NCBI GenBank assembly: GCA_002633005.1
Contig: NMRA01001003.1
Location: forward strand, 1 to 64,000
Direction of reading: 5' to 3'
From: Phoronis australis
Taxonomy: Eukaryota > Animalia > Phoronida
DNA length: 64,000 nucleotides
Numbering within the stretch: the first letter of the stretch is position 1; the number at the start of each line of letters is the position of its first letter. Shown piece by piece: positions 13,261-26,814 of the stretch. The notes under the pieces were generated by a model, which did not search any database, was not told the origin of the DNA, and saw nothing but the letters and a program-made list of their open reading frames with translations. A program made the position numbers and the translations under genes.

Positions 13261-16200
13261 AGAACCAATGGACGATTCTCTTCAAACGCATGATAATGCA
13301 ACCAGTGATTCAACAGGATCAAGGCCAATATCAGTACTCCGTCCTGGGGGAATGGGTAATGGTTTTTATGTTTACAACAATTTACAAATATTCTCAGTCA
13401 CGCACTACGACACGGGTCAGCTTCTGGTCGTCCCCAATACACTATACATATGTACTACAAGGTGTGACTCTCGGGACTAGGGATTCCACGTGTGCTTCAC
13501 TTAAGTCGTTCATATTAAACACAAAACTCAGTAAATTTACTCAAAACGGGTTCAACAAACCATGAGCAATTGTTCTTTCTTCTGATAGCATTTACAGTGT
13601 CTTAGCCTGGCCTAGCTGCTCCAGCGAGTTCGCAACAAATTCGCCGTCAAAGCACAAAGTTCTTCCCAAAAAGCTGATGCGTACTGTCAGTGTGCCCCAT
13701 GCCAGTCGGTCTGGATTTATCCGATGAGTTACGGATAGATGGCAATTGCCAGATCACGGAAGGTTACGAATAAGTGTGGAGTCATTGATTTCGTGACCTT
13801 CCATGACAAATCGGCAATTTCCATGGGGCACATTGACAGTACGCATCAGCCTTTTGGGAATATTTTTGTGCTTTGACTGTGAATTTGTTGCGAACTCGCT
13901 GGAGCAGGACACCGTAAATGTTATCAAAAGAAAGAAAAATTGCTCATGGTTTGTTGAACCCTGTTTTGCGTAAATATATTGAGTTTTGTGTTTCATATGG
14001 ATGACTGAAGTGAAGCACCCATGGAATTCCTGGTCCTGAGTGTCATACCTTGTAGTACTGTATTGGAGACGATGAGAAGCTGAGGACGCCTGCGTCACAC
14101 ACGAGCAATATGGAGTCTGTTGGCTGGTTATATAAGGGCTGCAACACATACATGGTTTGGAAGCCATATCTAAAAATAGCATCAGTCAGGTAGTTGATTT
14201 CGTCAAAATAAACAGACGGTTTTGCCACAAAAAAGTGTGACAACCGATACGGTAGTAAGGATTTAAGGATCCGATGGCATCTGGGGATGTTTGAATAACT
14301 GTTACGATGCTTTCTTCGGTTTTACTGGTGAAGAAGTGCCTGAAGTTAAATTGGAGCTCATGATCAGCATCGACGAGCGGATATTAATGTGTTCGAGGTG
14401 AGCTCGCCTAGCAATTAAAGTTTGGATTATGAGGAATTTTTACAACTGTTGACTGCCGATTTGACTGCAGACTTGACCTATTTTATTTTAAGTGCTTTTC
14501 AAGAGATTTCTTTTGTGTGTCATCTGCCAACCAATGCAAACACTATTATTGGGTTACTCTACCTTGTTTCTAATCCAGCAGATAACTTTTGACACATTCA
14601 CTACTGAAAACAACTGTGTCAATCAAAAAATTTTGCAAACTTAACTTTTTCGCTTCCTATAGAGATAGGAATTCGTCAACTTAATTTCTGAAGTGAAAAT
14701 TATTCAGAGAAACATCCAAGTTGCCTTTAAAATAAGATTTCACTTCAGTTTTCCTACTCTCATTAAGACAAGCATACATGTCATTATCTCACCTGCAGGA
14801 ATTGTTCTTGTGACCTAAGTCTAGAACTTGTCTAACAATTCCAACTGTAAATATGGCTGACTTAAGTCATGTATGATTCAATGATTCTTTTGTGAACATA
14901 ACTGATTTTTTGTTATGAAGATGCGATAATTTATCTTGTGGTATCTTCCATTTTGACATCACTTTGTCAGATGTTTGGATGATGATGATGAACATTTTCA
15001 AGTAAAATAAAATTAATAACTAATGATAAATTGGAGTATTAACTTGAACATGTATAAGAGTAATTTCAAATTTCACCAGGTATGCTTGCCTATGAGTATC
15101 AACACCCTGTTATCCGGTTGCTCTACTTTCTTAAGCCAAATCATGTTGGGATACCACATTTCAAAAATCGTTGCAATTATAATCTCAATTAGTTACAAAA
15201 AATTATGACCAATGTTGTGAATTAATGTGAATTCCTTTTGTTTTAATAGGATTAATGTAAGCACATGCCAGTGGATTTACAGATGGTAATGTTGTATTAA
15301 TGTAAGCACATGCCAGTGGATACACAACTGCTAATGTTAGACCAAAAGGGTGAACACAGCTCCGCAATTGAAAATTTGTATTATTTGAATTATGCAACAT
15401 TATGTTCCAAAACTTAAACTGAATTCCTAGTTTAACATTCTTTAGTAACAACAAACGTGTTTGTTGGCATCGTGTGCAGTGCATTAAAACTGGCCATGTT
15501 GTTAAATTTACACAAATTTGCAGTCCATATCATTATTATTAAATTTTCACAAATTTCCAGTCTATACCATATATGATTATTCTATTTTTGTAGAGGCAAA
15601 AATTGCCAGGTCTATACTATTATTCCTGTCTCTACTATTATTGGGAATCGTGAAAAATTCCAGTCTATACTATTATTGTTGGCCTGGCGTGTGACACATG
15701 CAAAAGTAGATGGGAAGATGTCCAATGGAATTTTTAAAATTTGTGTCACTTGAACTTTTTGTTCCATCAGGAGGCGTGATTTTTTTTAGCATCAAGGCTA
15801 CATTCACTGCAGATTCACCATGCTTGAGACCGTACCGAGACTTAAAACCAGGATCTTCAGTGTGAGAGTCAAGTGTCCTGATCGTTTGGCCAAAAGTCAG
15901 TTGCGCATTAGCAAACAATTCGGAGTTTGTTGGACTGTTCCTCACATGCATTACAGTGTTCTCTATTCCTGAAAGTCCAACAAATGTGTCGAAATGTCCA
16001 CCCTCTACAAATAGAAAATGTTTTCATTGCATAAAACAATAACTTCCTTGTACCATGGGCAGATCTCAATCATCTCATATGTTGTAACCATAATTGTTGA
16101 AGGAAATATGTTTGTATGATGCTTAAAAATAGCATGTTGGCGGCATTTTTGGCCGCGTGCGTTAGGGAGGGCGGAATCCGTAACATAAAGCTGCTCATGC

Positions 16201-19200
16201 CTAGAGAGGCCAATTTATTGAGTTGTCAATAGCATTTGTCTAATGACTTGCCTGTTCTTCCCAGACTTAACAATTTTTAATTCAACTTGTGTAAATTACA
16301 AATTACAGCTATTAAGCTAATTAGAATGCTTTGCTTTTATCAATTTCTGTAGTTTTAGTTCATGTCTTCCTTTTCTAGTTTCTTTGTCGATTACACCAGA
16401 AGACTACGCCAAAGAATATTGGCCACAACTAGAGAGTGCCATCAATCAGCTGTTGACCCTCAGTCCAGGAGATTACATCCCCATCTCGTACGAGCAAATG
16501 TACAGGTATAGTGAGTTTATAAAGTATTGACCCAGCTTCCATGACCCAAACTTACTGTTTGTATAGACCTCTTACCATTAAGATGTTGATATCAAATTAG
16601 AGGTGGTTTCTCGACTTGGAAATTTTTGCCTGGGTTCTATAGGCAGCGTATAAGTAGTCAAAATCAAATTTTTTCGTGCTGGTTTGTTGCTGGTACAGTA
16701 GGTTTGTAGACATTCCAAAAATGTACGTTCATCAACTGTGTTACAACTTTCTTAAAAAATTGAGATAGATTGATGAGTTATGTTGCTATTGTGCCCTGAT
16801 AGATACGGTTACAGAATGCTCTGATAGATCGGACAAAAAATCTTGAAACTGCTGAAAAATGGCACAATTATTTGAAAGGTATTTGGCTCCCTGATTGTGT
16901 TTGGCATCATATTTCTTGGCATGGTACACGTGTTGGTTACTCCACCAGTATGTACTGTTATTAGTCGATAAGTGGTCAAATCAACTTGACAATGTTCTGC
17001 CCTGCCTCTGTTGAAGACTTATCGTCCAAATGCTACATTGGCTTTTTGTGTTCCTCCCCTTGTAGTTGTGTTTACAAGTGTGTTTGCAAGCAGTTCTCTG
17101 AAAGACTTTACACCGACTTGCGCAATCACATCTGCGCTCACTTAGAGAGAGTCTGTCACCATCTCCAGGTTGTGGTAAGTCTTGTAGTCATTTGATCAGA
17201 GCCATGTGATCCGAATCATGTGATCAGTGGCAAGTGTTATAATCAATGGTAAAATCTTGCCAATTTTCTACTAGAATAATTGTCAAAATTGCCTGTTATC
17301 ATTTTCAAGGGATTCTAACATTGTTGTACACATGAAGGTCCCCAATTTTGGTGGTAGAGGTTGTACAGAACTTGTGGAAAAGCAATAATTTGGTGGCACA
17401 AGTCTTATGGAAAAGAATGATGAGAATACGAAATTTCATTTGTCTGTCATGTTATGTCCTAAATTGTTGAGATTTTTACCATGATTGTGGTCATGTGACT
17501 AGGGTCAAGTGATATATGCTTGTAGTCATGTGATCAGGGTGGGATGTTAACAGCTTGTGAAGATTGTGGCTTAAAACTTCCTTTTCAAACTTTTTTTAAT
17601 GTATTAAGGTCATAAAAGAGGTGACTGATGCCAAGTGGCCAAAACTTAATCTAGATCTGTTTGTGTTAGGTTTTAAAAAGGAACCTCGCTTAATGTTCTG
17701 CTGGCAGGTGGGCAATTTTTTTTCTTCAAACAGTGAAGCACACTACTTTTCAAATGAACTGTTCAGAACAAATGGTGCTTGTTTGGATTATCAAGTATTT
17801 TATATGCCTGCAATTCCCTTAATTTACAAATTGTATGATTATCTTGAAACCTGATATTTTAACGTTTCTTCCTGTATTATTGACATAACAGTAATTATAT
17901 GGTCTTATTGCAGCTGCAGGACAAAGCCAGCCAAGTTTATGTGGAACAGTTCAGTTTTGCCGTCACTCAATACTTGCAGGCACTGACTGGCATTGTTCCC
18001 ATCTTCAATTATATGGTGAGTGTCTATTTCATGTTTTCCAAAGTCTGCAGCCTTTAACACTGCTGTGCTTTTTAAAGCCTTGATCCTCACCCAAGAATGA
18101 TTAACTCCAGGGAATAGATGAACTAAACCATAAAGTAATTAAACATTAAGTATTTAAATGTTATTGAATGCATTTTATTTCTATCCTGATATCATATATT
18201 AATGTTTGATTAATTGTTTTTATGCTTTTGTTTAAGTTTGTAGTTGTTTTGAATATCGAATTTAATTTAATTGATTAAACGCATTTTTGCAGAATCGATT
18301 TTACATTGAAAGTAAACTCAAGACCAACTTGAATGTTGAGTTGAAGAAGCTGTTCTCCGTTTTTGTTGTTGAAAAACATGCGACTTCTCTTTTATGTAAG
18401 TATCTGGTAAATAGGTTTATCGACAGTTGTCAGTTGTCATCCTCTTCACCATATGTCCTTTTAAATATTTGTTCATTTTCTCTCCTATCAGCCAATACTC
18501 AATTTATTCTCACTCATTAAACACCCCATATTGCCAGCTGCAGATCTAATCACTGGAGGCTAATCACATGGGACTGGTGACTCTTCACCTGCCTGTTCTG
18601 AGAGGTTCTTTTTCACAGCGGAAGGCATCGGGAAATATTTTGACTTTGTGCACAGATCATTTCACACGGTATTTGTTTAAACAAAAAATAATTGACATAT
18701 TCATATACACTGAAACGTTATTGCCTTCTCTTCCTCTAGAGGTCACTAGTATCCCTTCTCACTTGACCAGTCATCATGTTCCTACTTGAAAGTCTTCCAT
18801 TTGTTCTGCAACATTTTTGGATGTCACTTCAGCATATTTTTTATAGGCATTCTAAATCTTGTTTCAAAAATTACATTTAACTGTTCTTTTGAAACATAAA
18901 AGCAGTCCAGGTTCCAACTTCAACTTGTTTTAACTCCCATAAATTACTTTTGAGGTAGCACCTGTAGGATATTGAGCCAGACCTGAGACGGCCATGTTTC
19001 TCTTGTCATGATTTTTTGATACTGAGGTGCATGATTACAAGATACAAGATTACTTGATAACGATAGCCAGAGTGAAAAAAATAGCGACAAATTAAATTTC
19101 TTCTTACTGAATATTGGCAATTTGGTAAGCAGCGAACTTGCTTTTCTTCTGATACACTACCAGTTTCATCAATGTCTATAAGTCTCTGTGTTTGACTGCT

Positions 19201-22200
19201 TTTCAGTGAGACAATGGTGACGAACGTGTCTAGTCTTCTTTGTGAGTGACTTCAACAAAACAACATGACTGAGAACATTTCAAGCGACATTTGTCAATTT
19301 GAATTCTTGAATACATGTTGTGTTTTCCACCTTTTTCAGCAGTGTTGATTGAGGCTCAAAACACGCCATTCGTACTGTCTCCATCCATCATGGCTGATCT
19401 TATCAAGAATCTCTACTCACTCAACCCAGGTAAAGTGAAATACCCTGACTCTTGAAGCATTAAAAACAGTTGTCACACGGTTGGCGTATTCTTTTCTTGT
19501 TGCTTAGAAAATTAGCTAAAAGTAATAAAATCATCTACTATTAGTTCTGAAAAGGCATGTAGTTGCTTCTGGTATTTTGGTAGTTATGAAAATTGTGATG
19601 TGTGCTATTTTTTGTTAACCAACTCAAAAAAACTACCCGAGGTGAACAGTTTCAGTGTTGTAGCTACACAATTATTTGTGGCTGTATCTAGGGACACCAA
19701 TGTGTCTGATTGTGGTTGTATCTAGGGGCACTCATGTGTGTGTTTGTGGCTTTGTCTAGGGGAGCACTCATGTATTTGAGACAATGTATAACTTACAGAC
19801 ACTGATCCCTTACTGGACAATTCATGGTGTTGAAAATCTTGCAGCTTTTCAAAACAAATTCAAGACCTTTCAGAAATTGATGTCAGTCGCCGTTTTTCTC
19901 CTTATGTAGTGAGCACAGGTTTCAAGGTCGTCTCATGTCATTAGTATTTCTAGTCAACCAGTTGCAAAACTTAAATTAGTATTTCAGTCTCTGGATATGA
20001 GTGACTTGAATGTTCATTATCTGGTTCTGAGGCCAGGATTTCGCCAGGGGTGGTTCGAATTTCTGAGATAGTGAACTTTTGATATTTTGCAAAACTTGAG
20101 GTCGACTCTGTACCTTGTCGTGAGCACCCTTGTGCAGCACAACAGTGAGTGATGCAATAATTTTTCAATACATTATTGTCAAGAAATTCTGTAGTTACAG
20201 AAAACGCCACAAAAGAGACAACATTTTGTGCGTGCTTTCAGGCCCACTTTAAGTACTTCAGGCATTGACACAACGGGTTAATACGCTTCCAAATTTTATC
20301 TTCCTGGGACCTATCTTCCCAAAACGTTGCCATTACCAACCACTATGTAGTTGTGAATATGCATCGGCGCCAGTGTAACAGTCTGTCTCCACTCATACTT
20401 GCTCACAGGAACCTGTAAGCATCGTCTACGACACACATCAATATGGGGATTTTCCACACATTTGAGATGTTTGTTTCTGTGTACTTCATTCAGTTGTTGT
20501 GCTCATAAAAAAGTAAACATTAGATTTTACTTTGTCGGCAAGGTGTTTTTCATTGCCTGTATCGAGGGCTAATAGAGTATCTCTGGATTTAGGCAGTGTC
20601 CGTTGCAATGTGCTTAATGGCTAAAAGCGACCATTTGCATAGGATTGCTTGGGTGCCATGGTTGTCACCACTCATATTTGCTGTGCCATCACTTCCTTTC
20701 CCTCTGCAGTAGGCAATGTCTGTTCTGAGCCTCTTCAAGGTGCCCATAATGCATTCAGTTATGTGATTACCTGTTATCTGCGCAAGATTGACAAAAATAC
20801 ACTTGCAGCAACTCCTCTCAAATGTTGTCGGCATCTACTCATATGGGCAAGGGGCATGAGTTCTTCATTTTTGGATGTAACCACGTTTGCAAAAAGGAAA
20901 TAACGTTTTTGCATCTTTTATTTCTTTTACAATCTTGACTTGTATGGTGTGTTCTCCAATGGTCTTGGTAATTTCATTTTGTATTTAAGGCAAATTATTC
21001 ATGATGTTCTTTGTTGACGGATGCTGAAAATATTTCATCATAGGTGCAACCAATAGGGAAAGAAAATTTCCTGGTTTGTCATTATCTTCTACTAAACTTT
21101 CAGAATCGAGTAAATGCAATACACTGGCGTCTGCAAAATAAGAATTGTTTTTTATTAGCTATCGCCTTGAGATTGTGCCTATTTTCCTTTATCTGTGCTT
21201 CAGTTCCTTTCTGCGGATATCTGGCATTGAACATCTCATTCTTGAAGTCTGCCACTCGTATGGAGTCTGCGAGGTCGTGTACCAATTACACTGATTTACT
21301 GTCATGGCAAGCCCTTTTCGTTGACCACAGATTTGTTGATAGACCTGGGCCTACCTGTTACACTGAATGCTGTGAACTGATAGCCGTGTCCATGTCGGAG
21401 TATTCTGCGAGTAAACATGACTAAACCTCTGGTTTTTTTGAGCAAGTTGCGTACGCTGAATTTCAAGGAACGGAAACGCATTACATGTACAGCGGAAATG
21501 CTGGGGCTGTACATTTCCAGCGGCGGGTTTCGTTTAAACCTCTCCTGGTTATGGGCCTGTTAGCAATGCAAAGAATGTGTGTAAATTATCTCAAAAAGGT
21601 CTGATAGGGTAGACTTCAGAAAGGCAAACTTGAACCTCAATACTTAACCCAGTGGTTTTGAATAAATTCTGTGCAATGGATTTTGTGGCCATGTTCTGCT
21701 TGGCATTCTATGGCTGATGTCAATTGATCAGACCTTATTAGTAGCACATGACAAGTGAGACGCTTCATTGTAAGGCCATGAAAACAAAAGAACTCAAGAC
21801 AGTTGCTTTTTACACGTTTTACTAACAATGCATGAATCATGGATATCCTGTTAACCAGTTTCACTAAATAGTTTGTCCCGTTAAAATAACCCATTTTTGG
21901 GTCACATTGTAGATATTTGCAAGCTCAACATTCAACTGTTTGCCAAGTACATACCAGGCATCCTTCCTGCCACTAGTGAAGCTCAGCTGGAGCAATATAT
22001 TGCCGAGACCAGACAGATGCAGCAGGAACTTATTAACAACTTCGAGTTCAAGAGGTACGTATGGGCAGTGGATAGGAAATAGAGGGGTTGGGGGGTGGGG
22101 GGGAGGCGANCCAGGGTCTTATCAATAGGACACCTTTTAGTATTGATGGGTCTGCGGAGCTCAGACCAAGTAATGGTATGAAATTGAGAGGTTCTAGTGA

Positions 22201-25200
22201 AGCTCCCCTCACCATTCAGTGCTTGCACAAAGAAAAAAACTGTAGTCAGTTGACCTGCGAGTCAACAGAGTATCCAAGGGGGGGGGGGGCATTTTTGTTA
22301 CTTTCTAGTCAAATTAGGAGTGGAGATGCCCAAAATCATGTTAGTTAAAAAGAATGTGATTTAGCTAGAGTTTCTTTAAGTGGAGGAATGGCTGAAATGA
22401 CTACAAACCAGGTGCTTCAGTATGCCTGAGAACATTTGAGATATGCCGAGCATTTCATTGAGAGATATAATCCAAGTTAATGTGTGAAATGTATCATGAT
22501 GGAACCTAAACATTCACTTGTAGCTTTTATTCAAAGATAATTTTTTGACTTCTTACAAGTCAGGCACAATTTAACATTTCTCTTGGAAATTGAATGGAAT
22601 TATTATTGCAGACGCAGTCATGTTTGTGGTGAACTGTTCTGTCTCCTGTGTCTTCATTCACCTTTAGTTTGTTCTTCTCTTATGTTGTGTTCATACATCT
22701 TCAACACATCTTGTCTTTTTACAGGGGATATAACTGTAAAAAACGCCCAACAGATGAAGATGTTGCTAGTAAGTAATTAAATCTGATCCGATTTTGTCTC
22801 CTTTTCATGCGTCCACATATTTATATGTGGGTGCAAATTTACGCCACATATTTATATGTGGGTGCATATTGCAGTTATCTCTGTCTTGGCATCCAGTTGT
22901 CCGTCGTCCGTGACTATGTCTCCTAAGCCCCTTGCGGGATTGTAATGAGATTTGACACATGTATTTCTATGAAGCTGACGACAGACGACAGCGAGTTTTG
23001 GATGGATTTGGCTACCACTCTGCCCCGTAGTGGCAATTTAATTTTTTTACGTTGGCCTCTGTATCTTTCGAGTTCCTTGATTGATTTGCGTGAAATGTAG
23101 CAAATAGGTTTCTATTTAAGAGGCGATGATGCCTTCCCATTTTTGGATGGATTTGATTTAGTCTGGCCACCTGGTGGCAATTTTTAAAATTCGAGTACGT
23201 TTTTGACATCCGTCTTCTTATCCTCCAAACTACCCAAAGGATTATCATGAAAATTGGCAGATGATGAGAAGATGGCGGCTGACACTGATTTTCGGACAGG
23301 TTTGAGTGCCATGGCGACCCCTAGTTGCAATTTTGGTTTTCTACTTTCACAGCTGGAAGTCTTTGGGAAATGTGGCAGATATGTTCCTTTGGAGATGATA
23401 GCAAATGACGACAAGCTTCACACCAATCCAGCGGCGGTGTGAAGCAAGTGGCAGTTTTAGTTGTTTTTACATTTGCCTCTGAATCTTCCGAGTTCCTTGA
23501 TGGATTTTCATGCAATTTAGCATATAGGTTTCTGTTAAACAGATAACAACGCCTTCTTATTTTCAGACAGATTTGACGCATTCTCACCACCACCTGGTGG
23601 GAATTTTAAAAAATATTAAGTACATTTTTTACGTCCGCTCTCCTGTCCGCCCAAGCGTTCACAGTATCATTGAAAATTGACGGATGTTTTTCTGATGAGA
23701 AACTGCAGCTTACACTGATTTTAGATGTGTTTGACTATTGTGGCGACCGCTTGTGGCAGTTTGTTTGTTTTTTGCATCCACGACTGTATCTCCTTAACTT
23801 TTTGGAGAATCTTTGTGAAATGTGGCAGATATGTGTACGGAGATGATAATAGATGACAAGTTTCAGACTACAAGTATGCCACCTATTGGCAGTTTTTTAA
23901 TGTTTGCCTCTGCATCTGTGGAATTCATTGATAGATTTTTCTGAAATTTGGCAAATAGAATTCTATTAAGGCAGCAACTATGCCTTCCCATTTTTGGACA
24001 CATTCAATGTATTTTGCACCACTTATTGGCTATTTTTATGATTTTGAGTTTGTTTTTTAGCGTTTGCCTGTTTATCTGCCAAACTGATTTTAAAGGAGTA
24101 TTATGAATCGTAGCAGCTGTGTTCCTGATGAGAAGACCATGGCTGACATTGATTTTTGGACGGATATGATACCTGTAGCGTTCCCTTGTGGTAATTTTGT
24201 TGTTTTTGGGACTATGGTTGCAGCTCCTGATTCCTTTGCATGATGTTTGTGAACTTTTGCAGGTGTTTACCTATAGATGTGACAGTGGCTGCCCATGACT
24301 ATGGACAGCTCTGACAACCGCTATGCCCTCCAGTAGAAATTGTATTTTTTACCTTTACCTCTATCACTTCTGAGTTTTTGATGTTTTTTCATGAAATTTG
24401 GAAACAATTTGCGATGGATTTGACATATTTTGCGCCACCTAAAGACCATGTCAGTTATTTTGTAGTCTGTTTTTTGTAGTCTGTTTTTTGATGTTTGCTT
24501 CTATATTGGCCTAACCGCTCACAGAGGACCATTATGAAAATTGGCTGATGTGTTCCTACTGACATGAACACGACTGGCGTGGATTTTGAGATGGGTCCTG
24601 CGTAACTGTGGTGCTCCCTACTGACATTATTTTTGCATTTGCGGCTGTATCTACCAAACCCCTTGCAAGATCACAATTTTTCAAGTCTATTCCGACCTAT
24701 TAACTTGACATTGGATGGATAGATTCGACTACTGCTGTGCCTTCTTATGGCAATTTGTTTTTTTTTTACATCTGCCTCTGTATATTTGGAGTTCCTTGGT
24801 GGATTTTTAGGAAATTTGACAAACAATTTTGTAATAGAGAGACGACGGGGTTTGTCCTATTCTGCGCCATCTAATGGCCTTTTGTATGGTATTAAAAACA
24901 CCATTAGAAGCACACAGTTTGCATTGCTAACATGGGTGCATTTCAATGCTCTGTGTTGCGCTTGTTGTTTCATACATTGATTTAGTCATGTTGTTCAAGA
25001 AATACAGATGAAGGTAACACGAAAAAATTGCTGGAATTTTTTTGTTTGTCTTTAAACCACAAGCAACACAAAAAATTGTTTCTTATGTGTATGTACCTAC
25101 CTTCTGTCAAAAAAAGTTTTGATGTAAACCACTTGTCATCTTAAAACTTGTCTCAACTATTGGGAGACCTGCTTTATACTGTAAGTGATTCAGTTTAAAG

Positions 25201-25939
25201 TTTTGTTGTGGTCTAAATCAATAGTTTGCTTTTTGGATGGAGTGCAGGTTGTTTATAGCTGTCAAATTCAAACATCTTCAATGTTTATGTTTAAACACTA
25301 ATGGCAGTTTCTGACATAATGCTATAATCAGACCCAGCTTCATCTGATTAGCTGACATGTTACATAATCTATCAATACTCCAAACTAGTTGCATCAGGAG
25401 AAGGTGCATACCGTGCAAGATGTGAGCAATCGACACAATTGCTCTGACTTTGGTTGTGCTTCATAAAACTACAGAAATTGGTAATAGCATGCATTGTATG
25501 ACTCACCTGCTTTTCAAAATGTCAGTCATTCCTGAGTTGGTTAACAAGGAAACAACAATATGGCAATTTCTGGGTGTCACCATTGTAACTCAAAATTGAT
25601 TCAGGTTTGCCTGAATTGCAATGATGATTAACATATTAATAATTACAACATGACACAGTGACTAATACATTTGCATGTAAAGAAGCAAGACAAGTGCTTG
25701 ACATGTGTTGCATTGTGGGTGAATACCTTAAAAAGAGTAGTGTTGTGTTATTTAAGGACATGCCTATTTAGGCTCAATCTATCATGTAGTCTAGGCTGTT
25801 AACTGATTATGGGCAGCTGTTGTTCATGGCAACCTCAAGAGTGAAATGCAGTCATTGGTGTTGTTCATGCTTAAATGTTAAGTGTAAAATATATTTTTTT
25901 TATTTTACAGGGGGTACTCCTGTTAGTTCCGTACCTTAG
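13256..25939 (+). CDS. CACUL1: CDK2-associated and cullin domain-containing protein 1, ~281 aa
   Basis: Exons 13256-13355, 16379-16505, 17066-17174, 17914-18015, 18293-18395, 19340-19429, 21913-22054, 22725-22768, 25911-25939 (TAG); total 846 nt, in frame. Contains [48 protein letters not shown] and [11 protein letters not shown], closely matching human CACUL1 as recalled. First and last exons are less certain (alternative stop at 22774-22776). Confidence 0.93.
13417..14083. repeat. Long fold-back inverted repeat (~290-bp arms, nested hairpin in the loop) in CACUL1 intron 1
   Basis: tcagcttctggtcgtccccaatac...ctgctccagcgagttcgcaacaaattc...gtgtgccccatg pairs with catggggcacat...gaatttgttgcgaactcgctggagcag...gtattggagacgatgagaagctga. 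Confidence 0.92.
15520..15680. repeat. Short repeated ccagtctatactattatt motifs, resembling subterminal repeats of a DNA transposon remnant
   Basis: Motif occurs about five times in degenerate form; no partner terminus identified. Confidence 0.45.
15826..15895 (-). mobile_element. Degenerate tRNA-derived SINE head
   Basis: Minus strand tggccaaacgatcaggacacttgactctcacactgaagatcctggttttaagtctcggtacggtc has A-box-like and B-box-like segments at tRNA spacing but no intact cloverleaf. Confidence 0.5.
19830..21560 (-). pseudogene. Fossil hAT-superfamily transposase (ZMYM1/THAP12-P52rIPK-like) in CACUL1 intron 6
   Basis: Broken frames contain [25 protein letters not shown] (cf. ENR..L..I...I.FCGRQ.IALRGH) and [22 protein letters not shown] (cf. 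CRGQGYDGAANMSG...GVQA); many stops and frameshifts. Confidence 0.8.
22802..24966 (+). mobile_element. Helentron-associated non-autonomous element (HINE/DINE-1-like) with expanded internal tandem repeats
   Basis: 5' tttcatgcgtccacatatttatatgtgggtgca hairpin (duplicated), ccgtcgtccgt microsatellite remnant, internal degenerate repeats, 3' catgggtgcatttcaatgctctgtgttgcgcttgtt; both ends match the copy at 55067-55665. Confidence 0.8.
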
Positions 25940-26814
25940 ACAACAGGTAGCACTACCTTAAGTAAATAACATGCCAGTAAGCTGCTTGCAGCATTTTGGT
26001 TGAAGCTGTTCATTTTTAGAAAACTTCTTGTGGAGTAAGATCGTGGCATTAGGGTATTTGAACTGAATGCATGTTGTTTTGACCTCTTAGGGATTGAGGT
26101 ATAGTATGACTTTAATTGTTTGTCGCATGTTCCTAGAATTGTTGAACTTTTGACCTACTTGTAAATAAAATGTTCTTACTCTGGATCCTGGTCGATTCAG
26201 TGTTACAAAGGGTTGGAAAACATAAAACTATGCTGCCAGGTGCAGATAACAGTCATTGTAAGTAGGCTTGGTCTTGTTCAGTGGGCATCAATAAATTATG
26301 TTGAGGTTTGTTGATTCCTGTACCAACACAAATTGGTTTAAAGCTGCAATGACAATGATCCAGTTGTATTGCCATATTCAGCAGAGTGCCATCTATAGGA
26401 GAGCACTTTTGTATCATCACAAAATCTTCTCTGTACCCATATAATTAGAAAACTTGTTTGAAAACTGATTCATCTTTTGAGTTCCCTGTGTAAACATCAT
26501 GGATTATAAATTAGTATTTGTTTAATCAGGTTTGTCAAGTCTATAAAATGTCTTTTCAATGGTGAAGGATAGTATATGTTACCAAATTGAAAGAAAGTTG
26601 AACTAGTGACAGCAGTAATGTTCATGTTGGTGGTCTGGTGCTATAAGTATATTTTATTGCAAAAAGTATCAAATAAACTGACAGAAGTGATGTGGACATT
26701 ATTCATCAGGGGACAATCGATTTATATCATCTTGTCACTTCTACTTTGCTGATTGAAAAGTGCATAATAACATGTTATTTTGGTATTAGGTTTTGATAAC
26801 AATTAAATTAGGTG

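Noticed and set aside
13754-14182. 142-aa minus-strand ORF
   Set aside because: Lies in an arm of the fold-back repeat; the opposite arm has indels and stops; no recognisable motif
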